From: Microthyrium microscopicum
Lineage: Eukaryota
DNA: 64,000 nt
Assembly (NCBI GenBank): GCA_010405405.1
Contig: MU004230.1
Location: 220,627-284,626, forward strand
Reading direction: 5' to 3'
This document shows positions 25,701-38,447 of this stretch, piece by piece; within the stretch, counting starts at the first letter, position 1; each line of letters opens with the position of its first letter. The translations under genes and the position numbers were made by a program. The notes below the pieces were generated by a model. It saw only the letters and a list, made by a program, of their open reading frames with translations, made no database searches and was not told where the DNA came from.

Positions 25701-28700
25701 TCATCCTCAAAACTTGAAGAGAGATCGGTAGAGGAAAGAAAAGTCTTCGTAATTGTGACCCATTTTTGAATAATATCGTACAGAACGATCGAATAAAATA
25801 CAGTATCGGACCAACTTCTGCCCTTGCTATGATCTACTCCAGGATCAAGAAGTGTACATCAATATTCTCGACCCACTTCGTACGACGTATTCTGTATCAA
25901 TCTTGAATACTCAAATTCATTTCATTTTACATCAATCATTCTCAACGCAGCATCTCCTCCCGTGCCAACAGATATTCGTGTAGAAAAAGACAATAGAGTA
26001 TACAGCATCCAGTCATACAAAGAAAACGTACAAAGACGCAACAGCAAACAAACGCAAAAGAGTAGTAAAATATATGAATCAAAAAAGAAGTGTTTCTAGT
26101 TACCTACATCATCACCCTTCTTGCGTCCACGATTCATCTTTCCAAACAACACCTTGGACTTGCCGCCCAATCCTTTAAGCGTCTCGCCCACCACTTTGCC
26201 TGCATTTGCCATTCCTTGGCCACTTGCGCGCTTCGAGTCCGGTGAGTACTCGCCATAATTTGCACCCGAGTCTCCTCCACCGGAGGAAGTGGAGACGCCG
26301 AGTATCTTGCCGATACTACCGCTTTTGATATGTCCGCGGGCGCTGAGGGACTGGCTGGCGGATGGTGAGAGGAAGGAAGAACCGACGAGTGGCTGCGCGG
26401 CTTCGGCTTTGAGACCATTGTGTTCGGGATATTTTTGTAGAGTCTGGGCGAGCCAATTGTCGAGACCGTCGTTCATGGCGGCCCATTCGGTGCGGGTTGA
26501 GTTATATAGATCAATGCGGTCGGGTGTGGATTTGATGTTCATGATTTCTCGGAAAGAAGGAAGAGGTGGGAGTGATGCACCGGATGCTTGAGCTGATGAG
26601 AACCGTCCGGCTGCTTTTGGTGGTTGGACGGCAGAAGTTGGTGCTGTGATTGGAGTTTGGAGGTTCTCGTCGATACTGCTTCGCTCTTTGAGCGCTGAGG
26701 GTGGTGTGGAAGGCCGTGGATGTGCGATAACAGCGGCAGCACCAATACCTGCTGCTATTCCTATACCGCCGCCCATGACTGCTGGAGCAATACTACTGCT
26801 TGTAGCGGGTTCTTGTGGGATTTCCTTGTGGGCGGGCGTATCTGATGACATTGCGGATACAGGGCTGACGCTCTGCGATGGAAGGCCTAGTGCTGGATCG
26901 GTTGCGGCTTCAGTCAATTCTCCAGGTTGCGCGTTTTTCACGTGTAGTCCTTCCCCAGCCATACGAGAATTATCGGCGACAGTGTTTTGTCTCCCTCTTG
27001 CGACTCCTGCAACGCGTGGCTCTTCGGGTGTAGAAGTGGGGTTGCCCGCTCCAGCGCTTACATCAATATGACTCGATTGTGCAAGTGATGATTGCGTCTC
27101 CCAACTAAAGCGACGATTGAGATTTGGCGCTGGTACTGCATTAACGTTTTCATCAGAAGGCAATAATGGAGAAACAGGATTTTGCTGTAGTGGGGCATGG
27201 GCCTGTTCTGCCGAGTTGTGAAGTGCAGGAGCCGTTGTAAGCATGCTGGTAGCAGGATTTGCGGCTGTGGGTGTTGTCTCGAGATCTTTTGGTATAGCCC
27301 GTGTTTGTTTTGGTGTTGTAGGTGAATTGATGTAACCTGATTCTTCATCTTTTGCAGGTGGAGTGGGAGGAATCGTAGACGCCGTAGACTCAAATCGGTC
27401 TGGTGGCAGAGGACGTGCAACACGAACGTCTCCATACGAAAAGCGTCCTTTGTTGGTTGTCGTCGGCTCATTGACTTCTTCTGCATCCTTTGAGCCTGAG
27501 CTACCAACTGATTGTCGAATCGCTTCGCCCATGGCTGCTCCTGCGGCAGCAAGGGACGCTAAAGGTCCCCCAAATGACTTGTTTTGTAGCTCATGTTTCG
27601 GGGTAGTGGGAGACAGATCTAGCGATCGTTCAGGAGGTGTGACAGGGCGTGGCTTATAGGAGTCTTCATGCTCGATCGGAGGTGGGATTTCCCCAGCGGG
27701 TGATGGAACCGCACTGATTCCCATTGCATAAGAATCAAATTGTCCCGGGATCTTAGGTCGCGTAGGCAAAGGCTTCTCTAATGCAGTAGGAGAAGAAGTG
27801 GCCGTTGACCCCTTACCCGTGATAAGTTCGGCGGATCGAGGACGAGGCGAATCGTGAGTTGTTTTGATCTCAGGGGCACTACCCTTGGATCCAATCGAAA
27901 CTACTGAGCTTCGCCTCGATTTTGTCATGGTGTCAAATTGAGAAGCTAAATCAAAAACCCTGCCTTTGGACGGTGACGACGATCTGGAATTCGCAGCGCT
28001 GCCTATCTTAGGAGGCCGTGGAAGATCTTCATCGTGAAAAGACGAGCTCATGGACGCTTTGGTGGGCTCATGTGGTAAAGCTTTCTCTGGAGTGGCGGGT
28101 AGAAATGGCGCAGGTGGAAGTGATTTTTCTCCTGTAGTGGGTGCTGCGACGACGCCTCCGGAGCTACCTCCAGTACGATCTTGGACTGGACTGAGGATTG
28201 GACTGATATCCGCAGTACCGCGCGAGGTTTCCGTGGCCAGGGAGCGTTGAGAGTCCTGTTTAGACACTTGACCACCCTCTGTAGGACCAAATGCGCGATT
28301 TACTAGTGTTCTAAAGCCTTGAGAAGGCTCTCTAGTCGGTAAAGAATCTGCATTACCGGAAGACAACCCCAAGTTCGAGCAATCTGATGCAGGGGCAGCT
28401 TTGCGCTGTACTGGTGAATATGATTTTGTTTCGGAAGTAAGGGGAGGATTAGAGCCCCAAAAATCAGACTCAAAATCAGTGCCTGATCCGACTTGAGGTA
28501 ATTGATAGTTTTCCACAGAACCCTGTCTATCTCTGGACTGTTGTCCAATCTGCTGTAGCTTTTCTTTCGCACCAGGTTGATCGAGTAGACCATATTCGCT
28601 TTTACGCTCAGGAACAGTAGTGAGCATGGTCTTTCCAGCATGAGCATTCTCATCCTGCATTTTTTCAATGCTTGTTCGTGGCGCCGCACCAACAGATCCA

Positions 28701-29497
28701 GTACCAGTACCTTTCGAGTCATCGGTGCCTGCAACAGATGGCTGTGATTCCATGGACGCTCTACGTTCCTGATCTTTGGCTTCTTGCATCCGTTTATAGA
28801 TATCGGCTGGCCGCATAAAAGGCTTTGGGGCCGAGGAGGTTGATCTTGGATCATATGCGCCAGCAGATGGAGGTCTCTCAATGGGCGAAGTTATACTATT
28901 CGTGGGTGAGGCCGTATTGTCCCTCGCAGTTTGTAGTGGCGCGATCATGGCAGAAGGTGAGAAATCTCTACGATGTTCTGGATTTGTGGATGAAGCATTC
29001 GATGCGATCGTTGGGGCTATACTGAGTCCGCTTACGTTGCGTTGACCAGGCGGATTAATTATAGGTGCGTCGGTAGCCGGAGCAACTGCTTGCGCAGGCG
29101 GCGGGACTCCAGCAGAAAATGTTCTTCTTTCGTCGCCTCTTTCAAAGGATGATGATCGCTGAATGGCTGGCGCGGCTGGAGACGTGAAATTCCTCGTGCT
29201 TGCACCCGCGGCACCTTGGGCAGGAAGAGGTGGAGCTTCGTTTACTCCGTACTCATCATCCTCGTCATAATCACCCCAATCATCTCCCCCATACGAACTT
29301 GGCTTTGCTTCAACCCATTTCTTTGTTTTATTACGATTAACATTGGTTTTGAACGAAGGCGCTTCTTGAGGGGACAGGGTGGTTTGTTGTCGACGATCAC
29401 TAGGGTTTGTCAGTCATACGGTTATTCAATGCTGAGATTAGACATACAGCGGAGATGTTATGCTATCCTTGTCGGGGAATTGGTAAGGCTGTTCCAT
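19722..29497 (-). CDS. Giant intrinsically disordered Q/P/S-rich fungal protein (~3,099 aa; possible ~1,117-aa short isoform)
   Basis: Exons 29497-29448, 29399-26108, 25679-19722 join in frame. Conserved-looking islands: FKTNVNRNKTKKWVEAK..YGGDDWG, FMRPADIYKRM, FREIMNIKS, and terminal MKATSYPGDEW. Confidence 0.8.
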
Positions 29498-30942
29498 GAT
29501 GAGCGATTCAATGGGTCTGGCAAACCGGACGAGGCGCCAGTGGAGAGCACAAAGTTTAGGATTTAAAAGTTAGATGGAAGTAAAGAAGAAGTAGTGGAGC
29601 AGAGGCTAACAGCCATTACTCTATTTGAAGTACAAAACGGGTGTGAAGGCGTAATGACGATTGAGGGGATCTGGTGGCTGGCAATGGACAAAGGCTGACG
29701 GGCTGACTAGGATGAGTGAAAAGATGTACTAAGACTCTGATCCACAGCTCCTGATAGAGAGTGAATGAAGATGGTACCTGGTGCCTATATGTAGAGCAAA
29801 GTGTCAAAGCATAAGGTTGAGGGCAAAAAAGGCAGAATGGAATGTCGGTAGAGTAGGGGAGTAGATCTGGGGATGATGCATCAAAGTCACGAAGTTAGGA
29901 AAGGAACATTTGAACACTTGGCTGGCAACTGGCAGGCGCGGCAGGGCTCTACTCCAGACCAAGGACATCCATGGATGGAAGCAACGATGCGTGGCACATG
30001 TGGCTTAGCCAGATGGTAAACAGGGGGTTTCCTTGTCTATAAAATTATCAATATCATTTCAACTCCGTCGCCATCCATTGGAGCCAATGTTTTCTACTAA
30101 TCTTATATCAACCAATTCGCGCTGGAATAACTTTCTAACTTCCCGCTACATGTAGAAATTAAGCCTTCAGTTTGGCTTGATCTTTCAAGCCTAGCGCCGG
30201 TTCTTAACAATAAGACTTGAAGTTCTGCAGGTTGCCACAGGAGCTGCACTTAAAGAATCCACAGATTGTCAACATGATAGAAGATTGAATGAGATTCCTT
30301 CGTCGCTCAAATAAACAACAATGTCCTTTATCCGGTAAAAGCTTGATTCGAAAATTGCATCTGCCATGGAGGGTTTTCAGGTCTTGACGGATTATCGCAT
30401 GCGATGGGAAATACTGCATCCTCTATCGGCCTGTGAGCCTTTGCCGTTGATGGGAGTATGCCGGTTAATGTGCCATTCGGTTCAGAACTCGCAAGTAGCT
30501 TCAATAATAAACTCTGCAGAGTATCTAGATAGGAAAGCACTCAAGTTACTCTGGAATCTGATTATATGAAGATAATAGTGTTTTGTTAGCTAGGATTCTG
30601 GAACGCAGGTTCCGAAACCATACCCCCGTCAGTCCTTAACCATGGTTAGCGCTAAAGTACGCTTAGTCATATCTTAGGCAGCCCTTTCGTGATGCGAAAG
30701 CCGCCTTTGATCTTCAATCATCCAAAGGCCACGCATATCCTCCACAACCATCAAACCAACAACTTCACCACAAACCTCATTACCACCCTCAGACGCAAGG
30801 CCTACCATTATACTCCTCTCGCCCTTTGATTGCCGCATGAAAATCTAATCCAACAACCACCAACGCCCTCTAAAACCCACCACCCCTTTCACCGACAAAC
30901 CGCATCCGGTTACCATCTTCCCATCAAACAACACTCACCGCC

Positions 30943-31974
30943 ATGCTCGCCATGCCACCCTCACATTCAATCCAAGACCGCACTCCCGAATTCCACGCCA
31001 TCCTCCGCGAAGCCACACACCGTCTAAAATCCGCGCCAACATCTCAACGCGCCTCCCTCCTCTCCGCCTCCCAACAACGAAATGCTTCACCCGGCGCACC
31101 ACCCTCGCGCAGTGAATTCGCACGCCGAGCGGCAGATATCGGCCGTGGACTAAGCGCGACTATGGCAAAACTCGAACGTCTGACACAACTTGCAAGACGG
31201 AAAACGCTGTTTGATGATCGGCCCGTTGAGATCAACGAATTAACATTCGTCATCAAGCAGGATCTTACAGGGCTGGACCGGAATATCAAAGAGTTGCAAA
31301 CGCTGGTGCCGCCAAGGGAGGTCAGTCAGAAGGAGGGACAGGAGGGCGAACATAGCAAGAATGTGGTGTTCATGCTCAGGGCGCGACTGAGTACAGTTGG
31401 CGCGAGTTTCAAAGAGACGCTCGAGACGAGAACGAAGAATGTACAAGCTTCCAAGAGCAGGACAGAAAATTTCCTATCCAGTGTGGGTGCGGCTGCGACG
31501 TCTACGACACCAAATGGCACGCCTGGTCGGACGGATAGTCCGCTATATCAAGTGCCGCAACCCAACGGGAAGCCTATGAGTGCAGCGACTATGGACATTC
31601 TCTCTCTCGATCCCTCACAATCAGGCGGCTCAGCACTACTACGGCACCAGCCGGCATCAGATCAGCAGCTGTTGCTGATGGAGGAAGGAAACAACACGTA
31701 CATTGAACAGCGAGGCGAGCAAATCGACATGATTGAACGGACCATGGCAGAACTCGGCGGCATGTTCACGCAGCTAGCGGAGATGGTGTCGCTACAGGGC
31801 GAGCAGATTCAACGGATCGATGCAGATGTTGAGGACACGCTGGACAACGTCGAAGGTGCGCAGCGAGAACTACTCAAGTACTGGGGTCGGGTGAGCGGCA
31901 ATCGCTGGCTCATAGCGAAACTATTCGGTGTGCTGATGATATTCTTCCTACTATGGGTCTTGATTGCCGGTTAA
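30943..31974 (+). CDS. SED5: cis-Golgi syntaxin (Qa-SNARE) Sed5
   Basis: N-peptide SIQDRTPEF, LARRKTLFDDRPVEINELTFVIKQDL, SNARE motif, C-terminal TM after NRWLIAKLFGVL. Confidence 0.96.
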   Translation: MLAMPPSHSIQDRTPEFHAILREATHRLKSAPTSQRASLLSASQQRNASPGAPPSRSEFARRAADIGRGLSATMAKLERLTQLARRKTLFDDRPVEINELTFVIKQDLTGLDRNIKELQTLVPPREVSQKEGQEGEHSKNVVFMLRARLSTVGASFKETLETRTKNVQASKSRTENFLSSVGAAATSTTPNGTPGRTDSPLYQVPQPNGKPMSAATMDILSLDPSQSGGSALLRHQPASDQQLLLMEEGNNTYIEQRGEQIDMIERTMAELGGMFTQLAEMVSLQGEQIQRIDADVEDTLDNVEGAQRELLKYWGRVSGNRWLIAKLFGVLMIFFLLWVLIAG

Positions 31975-32448
31975 TCTGCCCTTGCATTTCGGTGAAGATG
32001 AGCAAAGCCTGTGTATAGTAGTCTACTGTTTCCATTTTCAAGGCTTTGGCTTGTGGCATCTTGGAGGTGTTGATTTGCAAATTTGGCATTGCTGCTTATA
32101 GATATCAGAAGCAGCGGAGAGATGAGAGCCATATTACTCTGGGCTCACATTCTTGTAGAGTATTCTTGTTCAGTTCTTCGTTGTATGCCTATTAAACCCT
32201 TACCTTACATGTTGATAATTGCTTCAATCCATAGATATTTAACCACATTTCAGACTGGAAGTAACTAGTTGATCATAACAATTCTTTGGGTGTGGAATTC
32301 GTGACTAAGGTAAAAAGGCTGAGATCCATCCATTTCCTCCCATGGTAATGCCGTCTAATAAACTCCAACCTGTAACGAATGCCGTGCTCAGTATCCGCTA
32401 TACGGACATACATAACTGAGCTAAGAGCCAAAACTCATGCGATAGGTG

Positions 32449-35022
32449 TTATCGGTCTCTATCAACATCATCCAACCTTCTCCTCCGTCCTCGCCAACGA
32501 TTGGCGTTTCGATCATAACCATATCGGTCCCAAAAGCCTCGCCATCGATCTGCTACCCATTCGCCTACGCCTGGCTCTTCTGGCTCTGGTCGCATGTCCG
32601 CGCGCTCTACGTCTTCGTCTGTTGGGATTGGTTCATGTGTGGTGGGAGAATCGTTTCGCAAAAGAGCCACGTGTGTCTGCATGGCATCGCTATCGTCGTC
32701 CGACTCGCCAGCTGAGAAGTGGACTTGACGTTCGGATGAGGAGCTGGGTTCATGTCGTGCCATGGAGCGGACGACATCGCCCTTGCAGATAGGACAGGTG
32801 CGTCGTCGAGTGGTCAGCCAAGGAGTTCTGAGACATAATATTAGCATCTCATCCTGTGATATCAGTGATTTATATACTCACATGCACTCGACGTGGAATT
32901 CGTGGCCACATGGCAGACTCATGACACGACTGATGCCGTCAATGTATTCTTCCAGACACACAACACATTCTTTTTGACGACCACCATAGCGTTTTCTCCA
33001 AGCAGCAAGGCCTTTTTCGCGTTTTTCACTTTCGGTCATCGAGATGGCGTCATCTTCTTCTTCGCTATGCTGCGACGAACTAGGACCTGCAACTTCACTC
33101 TCAGTCCTGCTTCTTGGTCGCCGATTTCTAGAATGCGAGCGTGAAATTACAGGGCGCAGACTCGTTGAGCTATGTTGTAATAGAGGAGTGGTGGGTGATG
33201 GTATTATTGGTGTGGCCAGGGCTGTACTAGAAGCTCCTGACGATGGGATGGTTTGATATGTTCGGACTGGTAGGCGATCGACAATGGACTTTGGTGCTCT
33301 CCAACGACGGCGTCGTATCCGTGACCGGATGAGTAGGACTGTATATACAACAGTAAGGGTGATTAGTGGGCTGATGACTAGGACGAGTATGGTGTCGAAA
33401 AAGGGACTAGATGACATGTTTGTAGGGGTCAGGGTGACCCAGAGTCCTTCATGAGGAGGCTGATCTGCATGGGTTTTTGTTTCGGAGATTTTGGTATCTT
33501 CAGCCTTTTCGGCCGCGGCTTTGGCCTTCTGGTTTCCATTGGATTGTATCTCTGCGGAATCTTTAGAAGACTTTTCTGCCTTGACTTTCTCTGACTTTGT
33601 ATTCTTGGTGACTTTTGCACCAGTTGACTTATCAGCCGGGAAGGTTCCATCTCTTCTATATTCACCACTGCTAGGAGTAATACTTCCTCCAGCGAAGCGC
33701 TTGTCTTTGGGACTCTTCGGATCGCTCAAAGCCTTGGATTTGGAGTTTGAGGTTTTCGATAATCCAGGGTCTCGCCAATCTTGGACGCCAATCACAAAAT
33801 CTGGAGACTTATTCCCGCCATTGTTTGAACCAGATTTTCGTGAGACGTCTTCCCACTCTGACAGCTGGACCCATTCATGGTCGCCACTATTTGGTGGCCG
33901 TGTGTTACCATTACTTGAGCTACTCCGGCCAAACAATCCAAACAGGGAAAAAATTGTACCGAAGAAACCGCGAGATGTTGTAGAGCTATCATTATCGATA
34001 TTCTTGGCCGAGGACTTGCCATTGGCTTGTTTTGGCTTTGGATTCTTTGTTGATTTTGTTGCAAATTTATCATTTGCGTCCTTGGAGGTTCCATCCTCTG
34101 ATGCCCCATTACCAATTGACGGATTCGCGCTGAAGCCGTAAGGTGGTATTAACGAAGACAATAGGTGTGCGGTGGTATGTGATGTGAATAGAGCCGGAAT
34201 GGTTATGTTGCTGGTATCTCCTTTGGCATACATTGTTATAAGTGGCCCACCAGGAATATTGTCTCCGACAATTAGAGCCGTGGCTCCTCGACGTTGCGCC
34301 CATTTGACCTTTTCGTAGAATCCACAACCTCCTCGGCTCAAAAGCACAACTTTTCCACGGATTGCAGCGCTTTCTTGAAGAGATTGTATGTCAGCGCCAG
34401 ACTCATCCTCCGCAGTGCCGTCTATATCCGCGAGAGCCTGGTACAGGTGATCGTCAGTACCATCATCTTGTGCAATCTTTTTCTTTGGAACCTGTTCTTC
34501 CTCTTCTTCAACATCATCAATCTCATTCTTCTCTTTGGACGACCTCTTGGCTTGTGTTGCTTTGGATTTGGTGGTGGTTTCCGACTGAGCGGCGACTGCC
34601 AGCTTCTTTTTCGTAGATCCCTCGATGGGCTTTCCACCAAGTTTAGATAGACTTTCATCCCAACCTGGCACATCACTACAACCCAGTTCTCCTTCTGGAA
34701 CTTTTTCTGCGCCGACCCAACCGCGGGGATCTTCGCCAAATCCACTCCCTATCCATAGTTGCCCGCTCAGCCCTTTGGCAGGTAGTAGTGGACCAAAGGC
34801 AGCCGGTCGCGATAAGAAAAATGTAGAGTTGTCGTCCGTCAAAGCTATGATGGCGGATAGAGGAAAGAGTGGCGTGTTGAAAGACACCAGCGCGCGAATG
34901 CCGCTCCTTCTCTGGGCTCCATGTTTGGCGGAGTATGGGTTGGAGTTACGCGGAACAAGGAGGAGAACAAGAACTGTCGCAAGACAGCACAGTATTAATA
35001 AAAAGATGCGGGATGGTCGCAT
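32449..35022 (-). CDS. PA-domain transmembrane RING-H2 E3 ligase (RNF13/RMR-like)
   Basis: Signal anchor, PA domain (VVLLSRGGCGFYEKVKWAQRRGA), TM helix, CVVCLEEY...LPCGHEFHVEC(intron)ITPWL...CPICK. Confidence 0.93.
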
Positions 35023-35852
35023 TGTGACAATATGAAGAAAAAGGCAGGGCACCCTAGGCCGAAGGGGCAAGCGGCGGAGATGGGTTCATGTAGAAGGCTA
35101 ATGAGGACCACGACGGATCCGGCGTTGGATGGAAGATATACAAGGCGCGGAGATGTGAGTTGAGAAGGATCGTTATCGGGTGATGGAGGTGGTTGAAGGA
35201 GAAGAGTTCAGTATGTATGGGGATTGTCTCATGAGGCTGTCATGACATGGTCATCCGCGAGTACTGACTGGCTGGGGTCCGCTGGGGATATGCAGCTGCG
35301 CGGTGTTGATGGTTGGGTGGAGCGGGGGCAGGAGAAGGGCGTTGAAATTGCCAAGACGACTCCCAGAATCTGGAAGGCTAGAGTAATATTCTCAGCTATC
35401 AGGTTTGAGCGTGAAGATATTGTCTTACTTTTCTTATTAGTTGATACTGAGTCTATTCACAAGCTGGCGAAGAGGTGGCGAGGCGTGTGGTCCAAATGCG
35501 GCGGAAAGAAGAGGTCACGCGATCTTGGTTCTATCCTTCCAACTTTCTACCAAATACACTTGAACAATTCAGCATAAAGTTAACTTATGGTCAGATAAAT
35601 CAATTCTTACAAGGTGCAAGTAGGTAGTATGTATCTAAAGTTTATCGCATGCGATGGGAGAATTGGGACCTTTTCTTTGGAAAGAGCATGTGATAGTAGC
35701 TACATTGCCCCTCTTCTCTTCTGGAGCCCCCGCTCCTTAGGTGTTGCCAAGCCAAGGCTACCAGATTGGTTTGAAGCATTCAATGAAGCTGTCCAGAACA
35801 CCATCTGCCTACCGCACATCCATATGGTCCTTCGCAACGTAGTCCAGTAATC

Positions 35853-36600
35853 ATGGCCGATCAACCACAGGCCGGCGACCTCTCCTGGAAGCTTAGCTCT
35901 CATCCCGTCACTTTAGTCACCTTTCTTGGATTTCGAACTGGTGAGCCTGCAGTTCCAAACTTCCAACATCGGTCCGAGAAGCACTGCTAACATCACGAAG
36001 CAAGCCTGTTGGTTTACATTCTAGGACTCTGGTTCACCCAGAACTTGTACGTTACATCGATTCATCTCTTGCTACTGCGAATCTAACTACAATAGCGTCC
36101 TCGTTTTCATCATAACCGTCGTACTTCTCGCCGTCGATTTCTACTACCTCAAGAATATTGCCGGTCGGAGGCTTGTAGGTCTACGATGGTGGAATGAAGT
36201 CAACCCTTCCACCGGCGAATCACAATGGGTGTTTGAATCTTCAGACCCAGAGACAAGGCAGATCAATGCGACAGACCGGAGGTTCTTCTGGTTGGCCCTC
36301 TATGCGCAACCGGCCCTCTGGATTGTCATGGGCGTGGTTGCCATTATAAAACTTCTTAGCTTCATGGCTACGCCCTTGTGGTTAACTCTAGTTGGTGAGT
36401 TTATTGGTCTCCTTCCAATTTCGATACCAAGCTTACGTGCTGTAGTCATCGCCCTGGTATTGACCGTCACAAACACACTTGCATTTTCACGATGCGACAA
36501 GTTTAGTCAGGCGTCGAATTTTGCTTCGACCGCTTTCAACGCTGGAGGTATTGGTGGACGGGTAGCAACTGGAATGCTCAGTCGTTTGTGGCCTTTTTAG
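35853..36600 (+). CDS. TVP23: Golgi membrane protein Tvp23
   Basis: [12 protein letters not shown] start exon; [37 protein letters not shown]; two upstream GT-AG introns. Confidence 0.93.
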
Positions 36601-36667
36601 TGATGTATGAATAAAAGCTGCCGAAATGGTGGCGCATGTCCTCATTGGTTGTATTTGATATCCAATT

Positions 36668-37612
36668 TCAAGCAAGCACTTGTTTTGGTTTTTTGGTATC
36701 CTTCTCGAGATTAAGTGCTTTATGTCGTCTGAGTTCAGGATCTGCAGATTCTCCAAGATGTGCTTCGTTCCAGCATCTGGAGCAGTATAAATCTCCATCA
36801 CAGCCACGACACTGAAGAGTAGCATCGTCAAAGCATATCTCGCACCAGTTTTCATCCTCTTTCTCCTCATCGTCAGAGGATTTTACTTTTGAGCCAGGGG
36901 TAGATGGAAGATCAAGTCCAGAGCTTGTCTTTGGTGCCGCTGATGGAACGGAGGGTAGTTCCAGTGAAGATTCATCTGCATTCTCTTGTATTGGCTTGGG
37001 ACGAAGCTGACTAGGTGTATCCGGGAGTTGAAGAATAGACTCTGTTTGCTCTGATTCGTCATTATTCTCGCCGGTGTCTTCTTCTTCATCCAGATTGAGC
37101 TCAGCTAACAATTGTTCAATATCATCCTCTGTCACTGGATCATCAGCGTTTGCTGTCTTCTCATGACCTTCGTCTCCATTTCCTTTGGTGGAGCTGGTTT
37201 CACTCTCTTCACCATTGTTCTCCGCCTTTTCATCCTCCGAGCGTTTTTGTGCCAATACTCTTCGAGCATCAGCAAGAGTAGATTTGACCTCTGCTGCATC
37301 AGTCTTTGTAAATTCCGGGCCAGCACTCAAGTGTCGAATAGCCTCATTCATTTCCTTACGATCCTCCTTCGATAGACCCAGAGAAGTAATGTCCTCCGCT
37401 TTCAGCGACTCTGTTGGAGCTTCTTCGACCAATCCTTCTGTAGCTTCGCCATTTGAAAGTCGCCCTCCTCTTATATTTCGAAGTCTGTCCTCAAGCGTGC
37501 TAGCTTTGGGCTGCGAATTCGCGAGACTTGATGATTTGTCCAGGCTAATGTTTGACTTTCTTAGAGCATTCAAGCGAGCCAAAAGACCTGCGTCATCAAC
37601 GCGATTCGACAT
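36668..37612 (-). CDS. ZFYVE19/ANCHR-like C-terminal B-box-type zinc finger protein
   Basis: Acidic disordered body, LLARLNALRKS N-terminal motif, WCEICFDDATLQCRGCDGDLYCSRCWNEAH. Confidence 0.85.
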   Translation of the reverse strand: MSNRVDDAGLLARLNALRKSNISLDKSSSLANSQPKASTLEDRLRNIRGGRLSNGEATEGLVEEAPTESLKAEDITSLGLSKEDRKEMNEAIRHLSAGPEFTKTDAAEVKSTLADARRVLAQKRSEDEKAENNGEESETSSTKGNGDEGHEKTANADDPVTEDDIEQLLAELNLDEEEDTGENNDESEQTESILQLPDTPSQLRPKPIQENADESSLELPSVPSAAPKTSSGLDLPSTPGSKVKSSDDEEKEDENWCEICFDDATLQCRGCDGDLYCSRCWNEAHLGESADPELRRHKALNLEKDTKKPKQVLA

Positions 37613-38447
37613 ATTTGAGAACGATCAATTCTAAATATTTAGAAGTTCAGATAAAGAGTAGGTAAACTTCAGTCGAGATAACTGATGGTAGCTATGAATC
37701 ACTAGCGTTCCCGATTGAAGCCGGGAAACTCAACACCAGAATCCCCGATCGGACCGAGCATTTCCAACTTCATTCAGCACAAGTCAAAAAAATTTCAACC
37801 TTCATCACCCTTTTTCATCCTAGTGACTTGCTATGCGATACTATCAGGGTATACAAATCTGATTCCACCGTTTTCGATGGCGCCTATTGCATGGCAACAG
37901 GGACATATTCCACTCCAGAAACGGAAGATCCACAGCTAGCCCCTATAAGCGTCAACAATGACAAATTTCGCATCGACATCAAAGAGATCTGATCTTCAAG
38001 ATGAGCAAGTACCCAGAGCTATAGAAGACCCTACTAACCAACCAAGTTGATCTCAACTCTTTCACACAAGCACAACCTTGCCCTCCATATTAATTTGACC
38101 TTCTTAGCCAGGTACTCTATTCTCTACCAAGCAAGACAAGCAAGGTATAGCTACTACTGACTATTGGGGAAATTCCGTTCAAGGACATGAATTTCTACAA
38201 TGCTATTTACAATGCAATATATTCACATTAACTTACATCTCTTCTCCAAGCATTTTGATTCGCAATTTGTGCTCATCTTTATACAGGATTGCTGCTATTT
38301 CTCCGCAAATAACATTTGGGACAATGATGTACTCCCTGCTCAAATAAAGGTGTAGTCTCGTCATGGGATACTTTTTCGTTTGCGGCCTGTTGGTTTAACA
38401 CGATAGCCGTCCTTTCGTTCTTTTGATATACATTCGTTTTCGTCGCG

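Noticed and set aside
19925..28881. Many antisense or alternate-frame ORFs, up to 261 aa
   Set aside because: Shadows of the long minus-strand CDS
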